Source of the DNA: Octopus sinensis
Lineage: Eukaryota
Length of the DNA: 64,000 nt
NCBI RefSeq assembly: GCF_006345805.1
Contig: NC_043012.1
Coordinates: 23,188,001-23,252,000 of the forward strand
Direction of reading: 5' to 3'
The notes beneath the pieces were generated by a model. The model made no database searches and was not told where the DNA came from. It saw only the letters and a list, made by a program, of their open reading frames with translations. The position numbers and the translations under genes are program-made. The first letter of the stretch is position 1; every line of letters starts with the position of its first letter. Below, piece by piece: positions 13,225 to 25,309 of this stretch.

Positions 13225-13545
13225 TTGTTTTGTCATGTTCGTGTGAAAGTTTTACAAATGGTAATAATATGAAATATTTTCAGGATTTGAAGATTAAAAT
13301 ATGTTTTCTTATTTGTAATATTTCAACTATGCAGTTTTTAATTCCTGTTCTGTTTTTTATTTTGTTCTATTTGGGATATCATGTTTGCATGATACTTCTA
13401 TAAACGGTAGCAATAAGCAAAATATTTTCAGGATTTTATGACTGAAATATTTTTTATTGTGTAAATTTTACTGTAATCTTTATTTTATTTTGTCCTATTC
13501 GGGATGTCATGTTCATGTGGTATTTTTACAAAGTGTAACTGTGCA
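13225..13545. repeat. Three degenerate ~130-145 bp tandem units
   Basis: Recurring tcatgtt...aaatattttcaggattt and ttttgtYctattYgggat.tcatgtt. Confidence 0.5.
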
Positions 13546-13967
13546 ATAAATGTTATTGCGTATTTCTCACAATGATTTCCCTATTGTGGAGTTTAGTTTT
13601 TCCTTTGTCTGGGACACAAAAATGTACTGTATAAGTCTACATCCAATATTACCAAAATCTTAAAATACTGCACCAGCTGTAGCCCCATCCACTTGCATGA
13701 ACTGAGACAATATTGGCCAAGAACCTCCCTGACGAAACACATGAAGATAAAAATCACTCCTGGGCTGAACAGTGAATAGCTGAACTGGAGTATTATAGTG
13801 CAGGAGTGGATCCAGAAATTTCTGGTGGAGTGGGTGGATCTGAGGTATGATTCATTGCAATTGATCAATGAAATGACAGTGTAATGTGTTCAGAGAGACT
13901 GAATAAATTAATTTTTATACTGAACCCTTGACGAAAACAATGCCATTCTGAACATTTTGGCCGCAAC

Positions 13968-13999
<32 letters not shown>

Positions 14000-14031
14000 C
14001 ATACATAATATGTGTATATATATGTTGATAG

Positions 14032-14109
<78 letters not shown>

Positions 14110-14759
14110 GTTATTATTTTAATGGTGGTGCCCCAGCATAGCCACAGCTCTTAAACTGAAATGCAGAAAAAAATAAAATACTATATATATTAAACATGTT
14201 ATATACATAGAGCTCAAATTTGTTGTACGTTAATTATCCTTCATTTGTTTATTGTTTTTACTGGCTAATCTTCTTTTTTTCTTTCTTCAATCAAACTAAA
14301 GTGAAATAGTTTCGAACAATTATTTGATTTATAGTGATCTTCACACTCAATTTATGATATATTTGTAATTAACTAATCCATTGACTTTATAGAGTTGCAT
14401 CATGAATTTATACTTGGTAGAACTCAAATGACAAATGTTAAAACCAAATAGTTTATCAATTATATAATCCAAATCATTATTCTTCCACTGAGTTATTGTG
14501 CTGTATTAAAGTCCAATATATCATGTCTATCCGCATCTTATTCCTATAGCCCCCCACCCCCATTCTCTTACTGTTGAGCATCTACGTTGTCTTGGAGATT
14601 ATGATTTAACAATGATTCTCAACTCTTTCATGGCCATTCTAAATATTTAATTCCTCTCCAAAAGACTTTTACAGTTCAGAAGCCCAAATATCAGCTCAGA
14701 TATTCTAATATTCCCAAAATAAGATTGAACTTACACTCTCTTTTTGTTAAAGCCTTTAA

Positions 14760-14981
14760 CCCTTTTGATACCAACCTGCCTGAAACCGCCTCTGGTTCTG
14801 AAGTACAAATGTCTTGTTTTCATAAGTTTTGAATTAAAATCTTCCACCAAACCTTAGTCACAATTTATGTTCCTAACACCAGCTTAATGATAACTAAGTT
14901 ACTTTACTAAATTCTTTGTTACATTTAAAATTAATTGAAAGAAACACAGATCATCTCAAAATAAATATGGTAACAAAAGGG
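14760..14981 (+). mobile_element. piggyBac-like MITE, family 2
   Basis: TTAA|ccctttt-gatacca...tggtaacaaaaggg|TTAA, 222 bp. Confidence 0.85.
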
Positions 14982-15323
14982 TTAAATGCAAAATTAAATT
15001 TCATGTTTACTCCAATCAAGAATGATGTCAAATATTTACCAAAACAATAAAATTGGTATTTTCTGCAGATCATAATGCTACACTAAACTTGACCTATCTC
15101 AACAAAAACATAGTTTCAAATTTGACATTCCTGAACAAAAGACAAATTAGTAAATAGAATTTCTTTCCTGCTGTAAGGGGTAAGGAAATTTTGAAGAATT
15201 TATCTGATAACCAGAGTAAAAGAGTTAATTATAGAACTTGAAATAAAATATTGTTTTCCTTATATTTAACACCTTACCTCTCACTGCAGGAAAGCAGTTT
15301 TATATACTTTTATTGAGGAATAT

Positions 15324-15630
15324 GTGGAGGCGAAATGACCCAGAGGTTAGGGCAGACTTGTGGTTGTAGGATCGTGGTTTCGATTCCCAGACCGGGCGTT
15401 GTGAGTGTTTCTTGAGCGAAAACACCTAAAGCTCCACGAGGCTCCGGCAGGGGGTGGTGGCAATCCCTACTGTACTCTTTCGCCACAACTTTCTCTCACT
15501 CTTTCTTCTGTTGGCCTGCTCGCTTAGCCAGCGGGGAGGCGTCATTTGAAGGCTAAAACAATGCGAAGCGCATTGTGATCAGCGATGTGTAACAACATCT
15601 GATAGCCTGGTCGGTCATGGTCACACATGA
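15324..15630 (+). mobile_element. SINE-B, full length
   Basis: gtggaggcgaaatgacccagaggttagggcag head, gtttcgattccc B box, tail ggtcggtcatggtcacacatgat. Confidence 0.9.
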
Positions 15631-16045
15631 TTATCAAAATGGCGGTGCCCCAGCATGGCCACAGCATGTGAGCTGAAACTAGATAAAATAAAAATAAAAA
15701 AATAAAATATATTTGAAACTATTTTTTTTTTGTTGAGATATGTCAGGTTTTCTATATCTGGCTTAGAAGATTCTTATATTGGCACAATGCCCCTACTTAG
15801 ACACAATACAATATGGTGGTGTTCATTGAAGCATTTTATTTGTTTTACTAATCAATTTGGAAGAGTAAAACAAAAATTAAGAAAAAAAATGTGTGGTGTG
15901 GTGAGAGGTTATGAGAGCAGTGCTATACCAGTAATATGCAGGGAGAGAGGATGGTCAGATTTCAGATGATAATGATAAAGGTGGTCAACAGAATGAGGAT
16001 AGTTAAGTGTGGCTGTTTGGACGATGACTGTTTAGCATGGCTTAA

Positions 16046-16267
16046 CCCTTTCGTTACTATATTTTTTTTGAGATGCTCTGTGTTTCTTTCAATTAATTTG
16101 AAATATAGCAAAGAATTTAGTAAAATGACTTAGTTACCATTAAGCTAGTGTTAGGAACATAAATTATGACTAAGGTTTGGTGAAAGATTTTAATTAAAAA
16201 CTTATGAAAACAAGACATTTGTACTACAGAGCCAGAGCCGGTTTCAGTCAGGCTGGTAATGAAAGGG
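16046..16267 (-). mobile_element. piggyBac-like MITE, family 2, inverted copy
   Basis: TTAA|ccctttcgttact...gtaatgaaaggg|TTAA, 222 bp; reverse complement of 14760-14981. Confidence 0.85.
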
Positions 16268-16633
16268 TTAATGAACATTCAGCCTGTTTTGGTGAAGGTA
16301 TTTTCTAGTGCTGGATGCAAACGTATAACCACACACATACACATATGCATGCACAGGAATATACACATACAGACAGAAAGTGTGTGAGAGGGGAGGCGGG
16401 GGAGAGAGATTGTAATTCATTAATTGAAAGTGGTTGACATTAACATTTTCCCTCTGCTTATACACACACACACACAGAAATATTCTCATACACATAAACA
16501 GAGGAGGGAGGGAAGGAGGGAGAAAATGAGAAGGATATAAAAACTGTTAATGTCCAGCTTTGAATTATGGACACCAAATAAGCAGCACCAAAAAAAGGCT
16601 GTTCTATATTTCATATTTGACTGTCAACCAGAG

Positions 16634-16668
<35 letters not shown>

Positions 16669-17736
16669 GTGAGAGTCGGTGGGGAGAGTGTAAGCAGAGG
16701 TACTGGGGATAGCATTCTGATGTGGTCTTGGTCAGCCAGACAGAGTAGCACTGTGATAAAAGTGACCAATGATATCTGGTGTTATTGACGATGATCCTTT
16801 GCTGTTAGATGTGAGAGAATTTGCTGTTGACAACTCTTAGGTTGGTTTCAATCTTATTCAGTCAGAACATAATATTGTATTACACTCAAAGAATACTTCA
16901 GATATTGTTTCAAATTTTGGCACAAGGCCAGCGATTGTAAGGAGATGGGTAAGTCAATTACATCAACCCAAGTACTTGACTGGTTTTTATTTTATCAACC
17001 CCGAAAGGATGAAAGGCAAGCTTCTCTTTTTTTTAGTATGAAATCTAAAAAACATTATTTTCTGTATATTTAATATAACACCTTAGATTTTATTTTACTA
17101 ATCTATTTGGGGAAAAAGAAACTAAAATTCAATTTTAAAAAAAAAATGAATCTTTAGTCAGTTCGTTAGACATTACCTCTCTTGACTAAAATTTGCATAA
17201 AATTTGGGTGGAGGGAGGAAGAGTAATTTTTGAACTATTTAAAAATTAAATAGAAATAAACAAACAATACAGAATAAAAGATTTATATTTATTTTCAGAA
17301 AGATACAAAAATAATCTAGAACTGTCAGAATTTGGCTAAGATACATATTGGTTAAGTAAGATAATGTTACAAGAAAAGAAAGCCGAACAGAAATATGAAG
17401 TGTAGATATTAGAGAAAGTTTTTCAGTCTGGATGGAGAAATATTACAACTGAGATATGTAAATGATATGTAAATAAAATGTAAATAGAAGCAAATGGATT
17501 TATAAATTATTGATTTTCTAAAGTGATAATGAATATTCATTTCAGACACTTGTTTCAACAAGCTATACAAACATACATACATATCTACATCGAAAAAATG
17601 CATAAACTTTTGGGATGAAGTGCAAGTAAAAATTTTTCCAGCCTGGACTTGTCAGCATTTAGAAATTTAGGTCTCAGGTTACATATATATACACATATAC
17701 ATACATACATTTATATATATATATATAATATATATA

Positions 17737-17954
17737 TGTGTGTATATAAAAGTTAATGTTAATGAATTAAGTCTCACAAAGGTTATAATTGAAATACAGT
17801 TGGATTTCCCGACGAAAAAAAATTGCTAACATGCACCTGTATATTTAGGAATATGCCTGTCACTATTATACACACCTAATTCATAAGTAGACACACATTG
17901 CTGTTTCAAGACTGTATTAATTATAAAATATGTGTTAACGTGTATAACACAAAC

Positions 17955-17995
<41 letters not shown>

Positions 17996-18010
17996 ATATA
18001 TATATATATA

Positions 18011-18061
<51 letters not shown>

Positions 18062-18086
18062 ATATATATATATTATATATATATAT

Positions 18087-18122
<36 letters not shown>

Positions 18123-18587
18123 TTATATATATATATATATGTGTGTATATAAAAGTTAATGTTAATGAATTAAGTCTCACAAAGGTTATAATTGAAATAC
18201 AGTTGGATTTCCCGACGAAAAAAAATTGCTAACATGCACCTGTATATTTAGGAATATGCCTGTCACTATTATACACACCTAATTCATAAGTAGACACACA
18301 TTGCTGTTTCAAGACTGTATTAATTATAAAATATGTGTTAACGTGTATAACACAAACATATATATATATATATGTGTGTATATAAAAGTTAATGTTAATG
18401 AATTAAGTCTCACAAAGGTTATAATTGAAATACAGTTGGATTTCCCGACGAAAAAAAATTGCTAACATGCACCTGTATATTTAGGAATATGCCTGTCACT
18501 ATTATACACACCTAATTCATAAGTAGACACACATTGCTGTTTCAAGACTGTATTAATTATAAAATATGTGTTAACGTGTATAACACA

Positions 18588-18590
<3 letters not shown>
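17737..18590. repeat. Three apparently identical 218-bp units separated by variable (AT)n
   Basis: Units at 17737-17954, 18140-18357 and 18373-18590; AT spacers of 185 and 15 bp. Confidence 0.95.
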
Positions 18591-18638
<48 letters not shown>

Positions 18639-18896
18639 TTATCATCATCCAGTGTTTTAAATCTGGGTTTTGTCCCCGTTAATGGGGGTGTCTGTATTTA
18701 TATATGTATATATTTATTTATTCATTTATTTAAATTACCTCAACATCCAAACTTCCTCATTCTACATTGAGAGAAGGACGAGATGGACGCTTCATTTTTA
18801 TGCTGTTGCCGCATTATGTCGTACGCGAATGAGAGGATTTGCATCCCCAACGTAGAATTTTTTATGTAATACATGTCCTTGAGGTAGTAGTTGTGC

Positions 18897-18974
18897 GCGG
18901 CTGAAGAAGGCCATAGACACACATTATGCATTGTTATAAATCCGTCTAATAAAGGCCCGAAACATATGTACCGC
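18897..18974 (+). ncRNA. Type I hammerhead ribozyme motif with extended stem II
   Basis: GCGG CTGAAGA aGGCC..tagac..gtcta..GGCCc GAAAC ATAT GTA CCGC. Stem I gcgg/ccgc, CUGAAGA/GAAA core, ACATATGT palindrome, GUA triplet. A10.1-C11.1 is mismatched. Confidence 0.7.
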
Positions 18975-19009
18975 TGAATCCTTGGCATCATGTTTTTATT
19001 TTGATTAAT

Positions 19010-19055
<46 letters not shown>

Positions 19056-19091
19056 CATATATACTTATATGTGGGAGAGTGTATGTGTGTA

Positions 19092-19124
<33 letters not shown>

Positions 19125-20449
19125 AATTAAATTTGAAAATTTACTCCATCTCCAAATAAAGTCAAATATCATTTCGTTTTGAGCTTCTCAACTTATATTT
19201 TCCATTTACAAAAGCCTGAAAAATGTTGAATATTTTTGTTTCTCTTTCTTCTTATAGAATTTTCCGTTAACTATTGAAATAAAAGAATAACCATCCTCAT
19301 AACTTGGTCAATATGAAGACTGCAAATGGATAAAATAATAGTGCAAATCTATTGTTAGTCTTTCTATCATGGTTTGGGAAATGAGAAGAGAGCTCAGTCT
19401 GAGGTAGTTTGTGCAGTTTTTGAACTTTTTTTCTGTTGCATCATTTTTTTTTGTTTTTTTTGTTTGTAATGAAAAGAAGAAGTAAAAAGAAACAATAAAA
19501 TATTAATTATTAATCTTTTATTGAAAGATTAGGGCAGTTATGTCTTTTCAAATCTTTCAAATCAATTGTAATGTTGAAAAGGCCAGGTTAATATAATGTT
19601 GTAATGTTTCTGTTGATGATGACAAGAAAAAAGAATTATCACACGCACAAATACATAGGAAGAGGATCATATACACACATACATAAATACATACATGCAT
19701 ATATATATATATATATATATTTACACACTCATAGAAAGAGAGAGAGAGAGATAGTGGGGGTAGAGATATAACTTGATTTTTTAAGTATCTTAAATAAAAA
19801 TGATAACATTGATAATGATGAATGACAATGATAACACAACAATAACTGATAATCATAAAAACAACAATAAGTGATTAATGTATAATAATTATGATGATGG
19901 TGATGATGATGATAGTGTTTATGATAATATTTGTGCCCCTGTCAATGGTAGGGAGTTAGCTGATGGGAGCAGTTATGATGATAGACGGTGTTATAGCGAT
20001 AGTGGTTATGACAAAGGTAGTTTTTATGATGAAGGTAGCGTTTATGATGGTGGAATTGTTATGATATTGGTAATTGTTTTAATGATACTAATACTTATGA
20101 CGAGGGTATGAGTCATGACAGTAATAATAATATTTATGATGATTCACAAATATGAAAGCCAAATGCTACTTATTGTTAATTAAATTAGATTGAAGTCTGT
20201 CTGACTGTTTGCATAATTTTAGCAGTTTCAATCAAATTAATTACTTGAAATATAAATAAGTCAAAAGTTATATATATCCTTAAATCTTCCAAAAATGATT
20301 TGTTAAAGGTTAGTGTAATTGTGCTAAGTGTGTATCACCTTTTGAACTCATCACTTTAAAAGCTACCACTAAAATACTCACATATGACTGGCTTTAGCCA
20401 TGTGTCAATATAACTTATCACACATCGATCCATCTCCTCTACCCTTTAT

Positions 20450-20745
20450 TCCTAGAAGGTTGGGAGTCCTCGGGAACCTCCTCCACACAGTCCTATCAGA
20501 AGCAATTAGACTTTGTGGTTAGATTCCCAGACATGACCAACTGAGACAATGGCTGCTATCCAACCAACTCATTCTTGGTCTATTCTGAGGTCTCTTACTG
20601 GTTGGCTTGACTTGAAGAATCCTTCTTACAATTCTTTCCAGCAATATTCTTATGACATGTCTGTAGAACTGGAGTTATGATCTCTCGTTGCACAGAAGAA
20701 GTGGCTTAACTTAGAGAAACTCTGTTGAGTAATGCTACTCCAGAA
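20450..20745 (-). mobile_element. RTE-clade (Expander/Rex3-like) LINE 3' remnant
   Basis: VKPLLLCNERS*LQFYRHVIRILLERIVRRILQVKPTSKRPQNRPRMSWLDSSHCLSWSCLGI...SDRTVWRR. Confidence 0.65.
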
Positions 20746-20829
20746 ACCCTTTGGTAAATTATCAAGCTCAATATATGATACAGGAAAAGATTTATTTGGA
20801 GTAAAAGAGAATATCCGATTAGAGAAAGG

Positions 20830-21130
20830 AAAGTGTGGAACATTTTCCAATCGAAGTCGGATGTAGAGGGTTCGTTGGACACAGTGTGAGATGACTATTG
20901 TTATTGCTAGGCCTAACTCATCGTAAAGTCAATACCACCATGACCAATATCCAAACTACAGTGGAGGAGGCTAGCCACTGGATTTGGTTAAAAAGAGACA
21001 ATGAGCGATGGCTAGAAGGATATTGAGCTTTATTTGATAACCAGCTGATTTAGCATGCGGGGCCTCATATTGATGCTGTCAAGAGGTAGGCCCCGAAACA
21101 GCACGCCATTCTCTCCTGATGACCCCATAC
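20830..21130 (+). mobile_element. HERO/NeSL-like RLE-type non-LTR retrotransposon 3' remnant
   Basis: SVEHFPIEVGCRGFVGHSVR*LLLLLGLTHRKVNTTMTNIQTTVEEASHWIWLKRDNERWLEGY* carries the IEVGxRGF and AS.WxWxKR RLE C-terminal motifs. Confidence 0.7.
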
Positions 21131-21209
21131 ATTTGCTGGCTTCCGATATGTGGAGTTCTCAACTAGTAGCACTTGCATGTGCAAGTTGTTTGCAAGACAT
21201 CATGATGGT

Positions 21210-21465
21210 AGTCTTCTGGTCACTAACCAACAAGAAAGGATTGCGAGACAGATTCTTCGTCGACCAGCAGGAGAACTAGGAGAAGACCAAGAAGGAGATG
21301 TGGCTGGATAATAGCATCGTCTCATTTGGTCACACTCGAAAGTCCATCAGGAAAGTATATATGATGGCTGTTTCTGATAGGACCCTATGAAGGAGACACC
21401 CGAGAACTCTACCCCTATGACCCTCCCGAGAATAGTAGGAAGTAAAAATGGATGGATTGATGGAT
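21210..21465 (+). mobile_element. RTE-clade LINE 3' remnant, same type as 20450-20745, opposite orientation
   Basis: Frameshifted QERIARQILR...RRRPRRR...AVSDRTL*RRHPRTLPL*PS with a (GGAT)-like tail. Confidence 0.55.
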
Positions 21466-21754
21466 AGTATGGTATTCAGCTTGTTAGCCACAATCACAAC
21501 AACTAAGACAATAGCAACAGCAACATCAATAATAATAATAAATTTCAAAATATGGATAAGACAGTGATCCAGCATGGCCGCGGTCAAAATGACTGAAATT
21601 AGTAAAAGAATAAAGGAATTCAAAAAGTAAGTAAACACAACAAATATATAAAACATATAAATTAAGAAAATAAACAGAAGATATTGCAAAAATTAGTGGG
21701 TTTTTGCATACATGCGATAAAGATGGCCAATGTACCTGCAGCCGGCACTTGGTA

Positions 21755-21764
21755 ATAAATGCAC

Positions 21765-21830
<66 letters not shown>

Positions 21831-21831
21831 T

Positions 21832-21872
<41 letters not shown>

Positions 21873-21961
21873 GGGATGGATGGATGGATGAATGGATGGA
21901 TGGATGGAGGGAGGGAGAGAGATGGATGGATAGATAGATAGATAGATAGATAAATAGATAA

Positions 21962-22027
<66 letters not shown>
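21755..22027. repeat. Compound (AT)n-(AGAT)n-(GGAT)n-(AGAT)n microsatellite
   Basis: Read directly. Confidence 0.95.
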
Positions 22028-22197
22028 GATATATTGATTGGGGAAAATTATTTCATTGTGTGAATCTTGTAACATGCCTACTGGATCATACCTTGGATTT
22101 GCAAAGTGCTCCTTTTTATCATTCATTGATGTGAACCTGATCTTCCCTTGGCTTATTGGAACACACACACACACACCACACACACACACAATCATTT

Positions 22198-22335
22198 AAA
22201 GCAGTTTGATTTGGCTCCAAGTGACTTGAAGTTTCGCAGGCCTCTAACAGAAGCTCTTCTCTTTCAGTCGTTGGTAATCTAAAGTCTGAAAGAGATGGGC
22301 TTCTTTAAGTCACTTGGAACTGAATCAAACTGTTT
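22198..22335. other. Long imperfect foldback (MITE-like or hairpin RNA)
   Basis: aaagcagtttgatttggctccaagtgacttgaag pairs with ctttaagtcacttggaactgaatcaaactgttt; the inner gaagctcttctctttcag pairs with ctgaaagagatgggcttc. Confidence 0.7.
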
Positions 22336-22610
22336 CGAATACACGCAACTCCTACTAAAGACATTGAGTACCTTTTTCATATGTTTATCCATTCATACAT
22401 CTATGACAATTGTAAAATGTAAAACATAACTGTCACCATTACCATATGGACCTGAAGATTGCATAGTTTAAAGCATGAAAGAACTAGTTCAATCAGAATG
22501 GACCATTTAATATTCTATCATTTCATTATATTATATTATTATAAGATTGTAAATAAAACATGAAAATCAAAGTTGGAATTCCTTGATTAACATATTGATA
22601 CACACCCGTG

Positions 22611-22983
22611 TATGTATGTATGTATGTATGTATGTATGTATGTATGTGTCTGTCTGTCTGTCTGTATGTATGTATGTATTGTATGTATGTATCTGTCTGT
22701 ATGTATGTATGTATCTGTCTGTATGTATGTATGTATCTGTCTATATGTATGTATCTGTCTGTCTGTATGTATGTATGTATGTTGTATGTATCTGTATGTA
22801 TGTATATATGTATGTATGTATGTATGTATGTTGTATGTATCTGTATGTATGTATGTACGTATGTATCTCTCTATATGTATGTATGTATGTATCTGTCTAT
22901 ATGTATGTATCTGTCTATATGTATGTATGTATGTATGTATCTGTCTATATGTATGTGTGTATGTACGTATGTATGTATCTGTC

Positions 22984-23015
<32 letters not shown>

Positions 23016-23075
23016 TGTATGTATGTATGTATGTACGTATGTATCTGTATGTATATATGTATGCATGTATGTATG
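22611..23075. repeat. Degenerate (TATG/TCTG)n tetranucleotide tract
   Basis: Read directly; source of the MYVC-type ORFs. Confidence 0.95.
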
Positions 23076-23214
23076 AGTGTTTCCTTGTCTTGATTTTATG
23101 TGATCGTTGTGAACCAATGTCTCCTATAATAAAAGCGTTGTTGTTCCTTTCAGTTCTTCCGTGGAAACATGTCTGTCTACAGGGCCCCATAACCTCACCG
23201 AGAAAAACATGAGG

Positions 23215-23335
23215 TCCAATGATAAGAAGGGCATCAACTGGCCACCATCTGGCCATAGAAAAACATGCCCCAACAATGTCCATCTGACCAGTGCAAACAC
23301 AGAAAAGTGGACATCAGAATGATGATGATGTTGAT
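23215..23335 (+). mobile_element. SINE-E variant, 3' part
   Basis: ccatctggccatagaaaa...agaaaagtggacatcagaatgatgatg. Confidence 0.65.
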
Positions 23336-23348
23336 GGTAACTGTTACA

Positions 23349-23581
23349 AAGGCGGTGAGCTGGCAGAAACGTTAGTACACCAGACGAAATGCTCAGCGGT
23401 ATTTCGTCTGCCGTTACGTTCTGAGTTCAAATTCCACCGAGGTCGACTTTGCCGTTCATCCTTTCGAGGTTGATAAATTAAGTACCAGTTACGCACTGGT
23501 GTTGATGTAATCGACTTAATCCTTTTGACTGTCCGTGTTTGTCCCCTCTCTGTTTAGCCCCTTGTGGGTAGTAAAGAAATA
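23349..23581 (+). mobile_element. SINE-D, full length, with 13-bp target site duplication
   Basis: ggtaactgttaca at 23336-23348 and 23582-23594 flanks the element. Confidence 0.92.
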
Positions 23582-23879
23582 GGTAACTGTTACATAGGAA
23601 CAGCAGCGTTCCTCTGGATTACCAACCATGCGAACCATCACAACTACTGTCACCACCACCACCACCACTGCTGCTGCTGCTCTCAATATGGCCACCACGT
23701 CCAACATCATCTCCCCCCCCCCCCCCACCACTTTAGTTCTTCAATAATTCAACTTCATGTAAATGCTTTTCCGAAACAAAACTCATTTATGCCAATTGTG
23801 CTGCAACACAGAAAACCAGAAAACCAGAGTGAAAACCAGAAATCATTAACCTCAAAATCTGCCTTTGACCAGCCTATTC

Positions 23880-24260
23880 CCAGCAGCACCACCACCATGA
23901 CCACCACTAGTCACACCATCACCATTGCTACCGCCACCACTGCCACTACTACTAGTAATACCACCACCACCACCATTGCTACCACCATAGCCACCAGCAC
24001 ACCACTACTACCATTACAACCACTACCACCTCCACCACCACCACCACTACCACCATCACTACTTTCACTACCATCATTACCACCACCACCACCACCATTG
24101 TCACTACTTCAACCACCAGCATCGACACCACCACTACAGCCATTTCAACCACCATGACCACCACCACTACTACTATTACTACAACTGCCATTGATAACAA
24201 GACAACAACAAAAACAGCAACACACCCAACAATAACTTCCTCATCACCACCATCATCACC
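23880..24260. repeat. Degenerate (ACC/ACT)n trinucleotide tract
   Basis: Read directly; yields spurious T/P- and V-rich ORFs. Confidence 0.9.
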
Positions 24261-24702
24261 ATCACAAATACATACATACCGCTTTGCTTTCGTATGTTTC
24301 TTTGAAATTCCTCGAACGGTATTAGACATAAAAACAACAGGCGGACCAATAACCAAAAGAGAAATCATAACAAAGTTGACTAAAAGATCAAGAAATGCAA
24401 TTTGATTCTTATTGAAAATAAAATGGCCAATCTGTCAATGGACAATTCTTGTGAAAACAGGAAGAAATAAATGTGAAGGGAAGGGTTTGGGGAAGAGTTT
24501 GGGAAGAATCTGGCAAGAATATCATGATTTGAGAATATTAAAATTGATGTGAGTGTGTATATGTCTATGTGTACACACTTGTGTATATGTGTGTGTGTGT
24601 GTGTGGCATCGATTATGTTTCTGTGGGACTTAGGTGATTATAGATATGGATGTGTATGTATATTGGAAGTAATTAAATAAGTGTGACTAGTTATGATTAT
24701 GT

Positions 24703-24735
<33 letters not shown>

Positions 24736-24846
24736 TAGTCTGTGTGTATGTATAAACATGTATAGTTATAGAGAGAGAAAGAAAGAGAAGGACAGAAAGC
24801 GAGAGAGAGCAGAGAGTGTGTGTGTGTATATGTATGAGTTTAGTTA

Positions 24847-24890
<44 letters not shown>

Positions 24891-25268
24891 GAAAGTAAAG
24901 AGAGAACAGTGTGTGTGTGTGTGTGTGCGTGCATGTGCATGCATGTCTTTGTTTGGTTATGATTATAGATATTGTATGTGGCTATAATTACAAATTCTAC
25001 ACAGAAAATTACATACTGTGTATGCAATGATTGTGCTTGAGTATAAATTTGTATATATGGGTACATGTGTAAGTGGTATCTTGACTTATCTGGGTGTGTG
25101 TGTGTGTGTGTGTGTGTGTTGTGTCCGTCCATAACTGACATATTTTGCATGTATGTGTGCATGTGAGTGTGTGTATATATATATATATCTTGTACATCTT
25201 GACTATAATGTTTCAGAATGCAGACGGTTGAGCGAACATGTCTATGGATATTATACATTATAGATGTA

Positions 25269-25309
<41 letters not shown>

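Noticed and set aside
15278-15283. 6-nt minus-strand microexon candidate (ctttcctgcag|TGAGAG|gtaagg)
   Set aside because: It would add an immediate TGA in the phase-0 intron. Such motif pairs arise by chance in 24 kb, and it cannot be supported without RNA data.
17737-18590. Repeat-spacer-repeat pattern suggesting CRISPR
   Set aside because: The repeats are 218 bp and the spacers are pure (AT)n.
19878-20111. Asp-rich 77-aa ORF
   Set aside because: Decayed (GAT)n-type simple repeat.
21059-21125. ggggcct...aggcccc hairpin followed by GAAAC and a later CTGATGA in the HERO-like 3' UTR
   Set aside because: CUGAUGA is not adjacent to a strand that can pair to form stem II; the topology does not give a hammerhead.
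23564-24405. Mucin/extensin-like T/P-rich ORFs
   Set aside because: They derive from a degenerate (ACC/ACT)n tract that is open in several frames on both strands, with no supporting splice structure.
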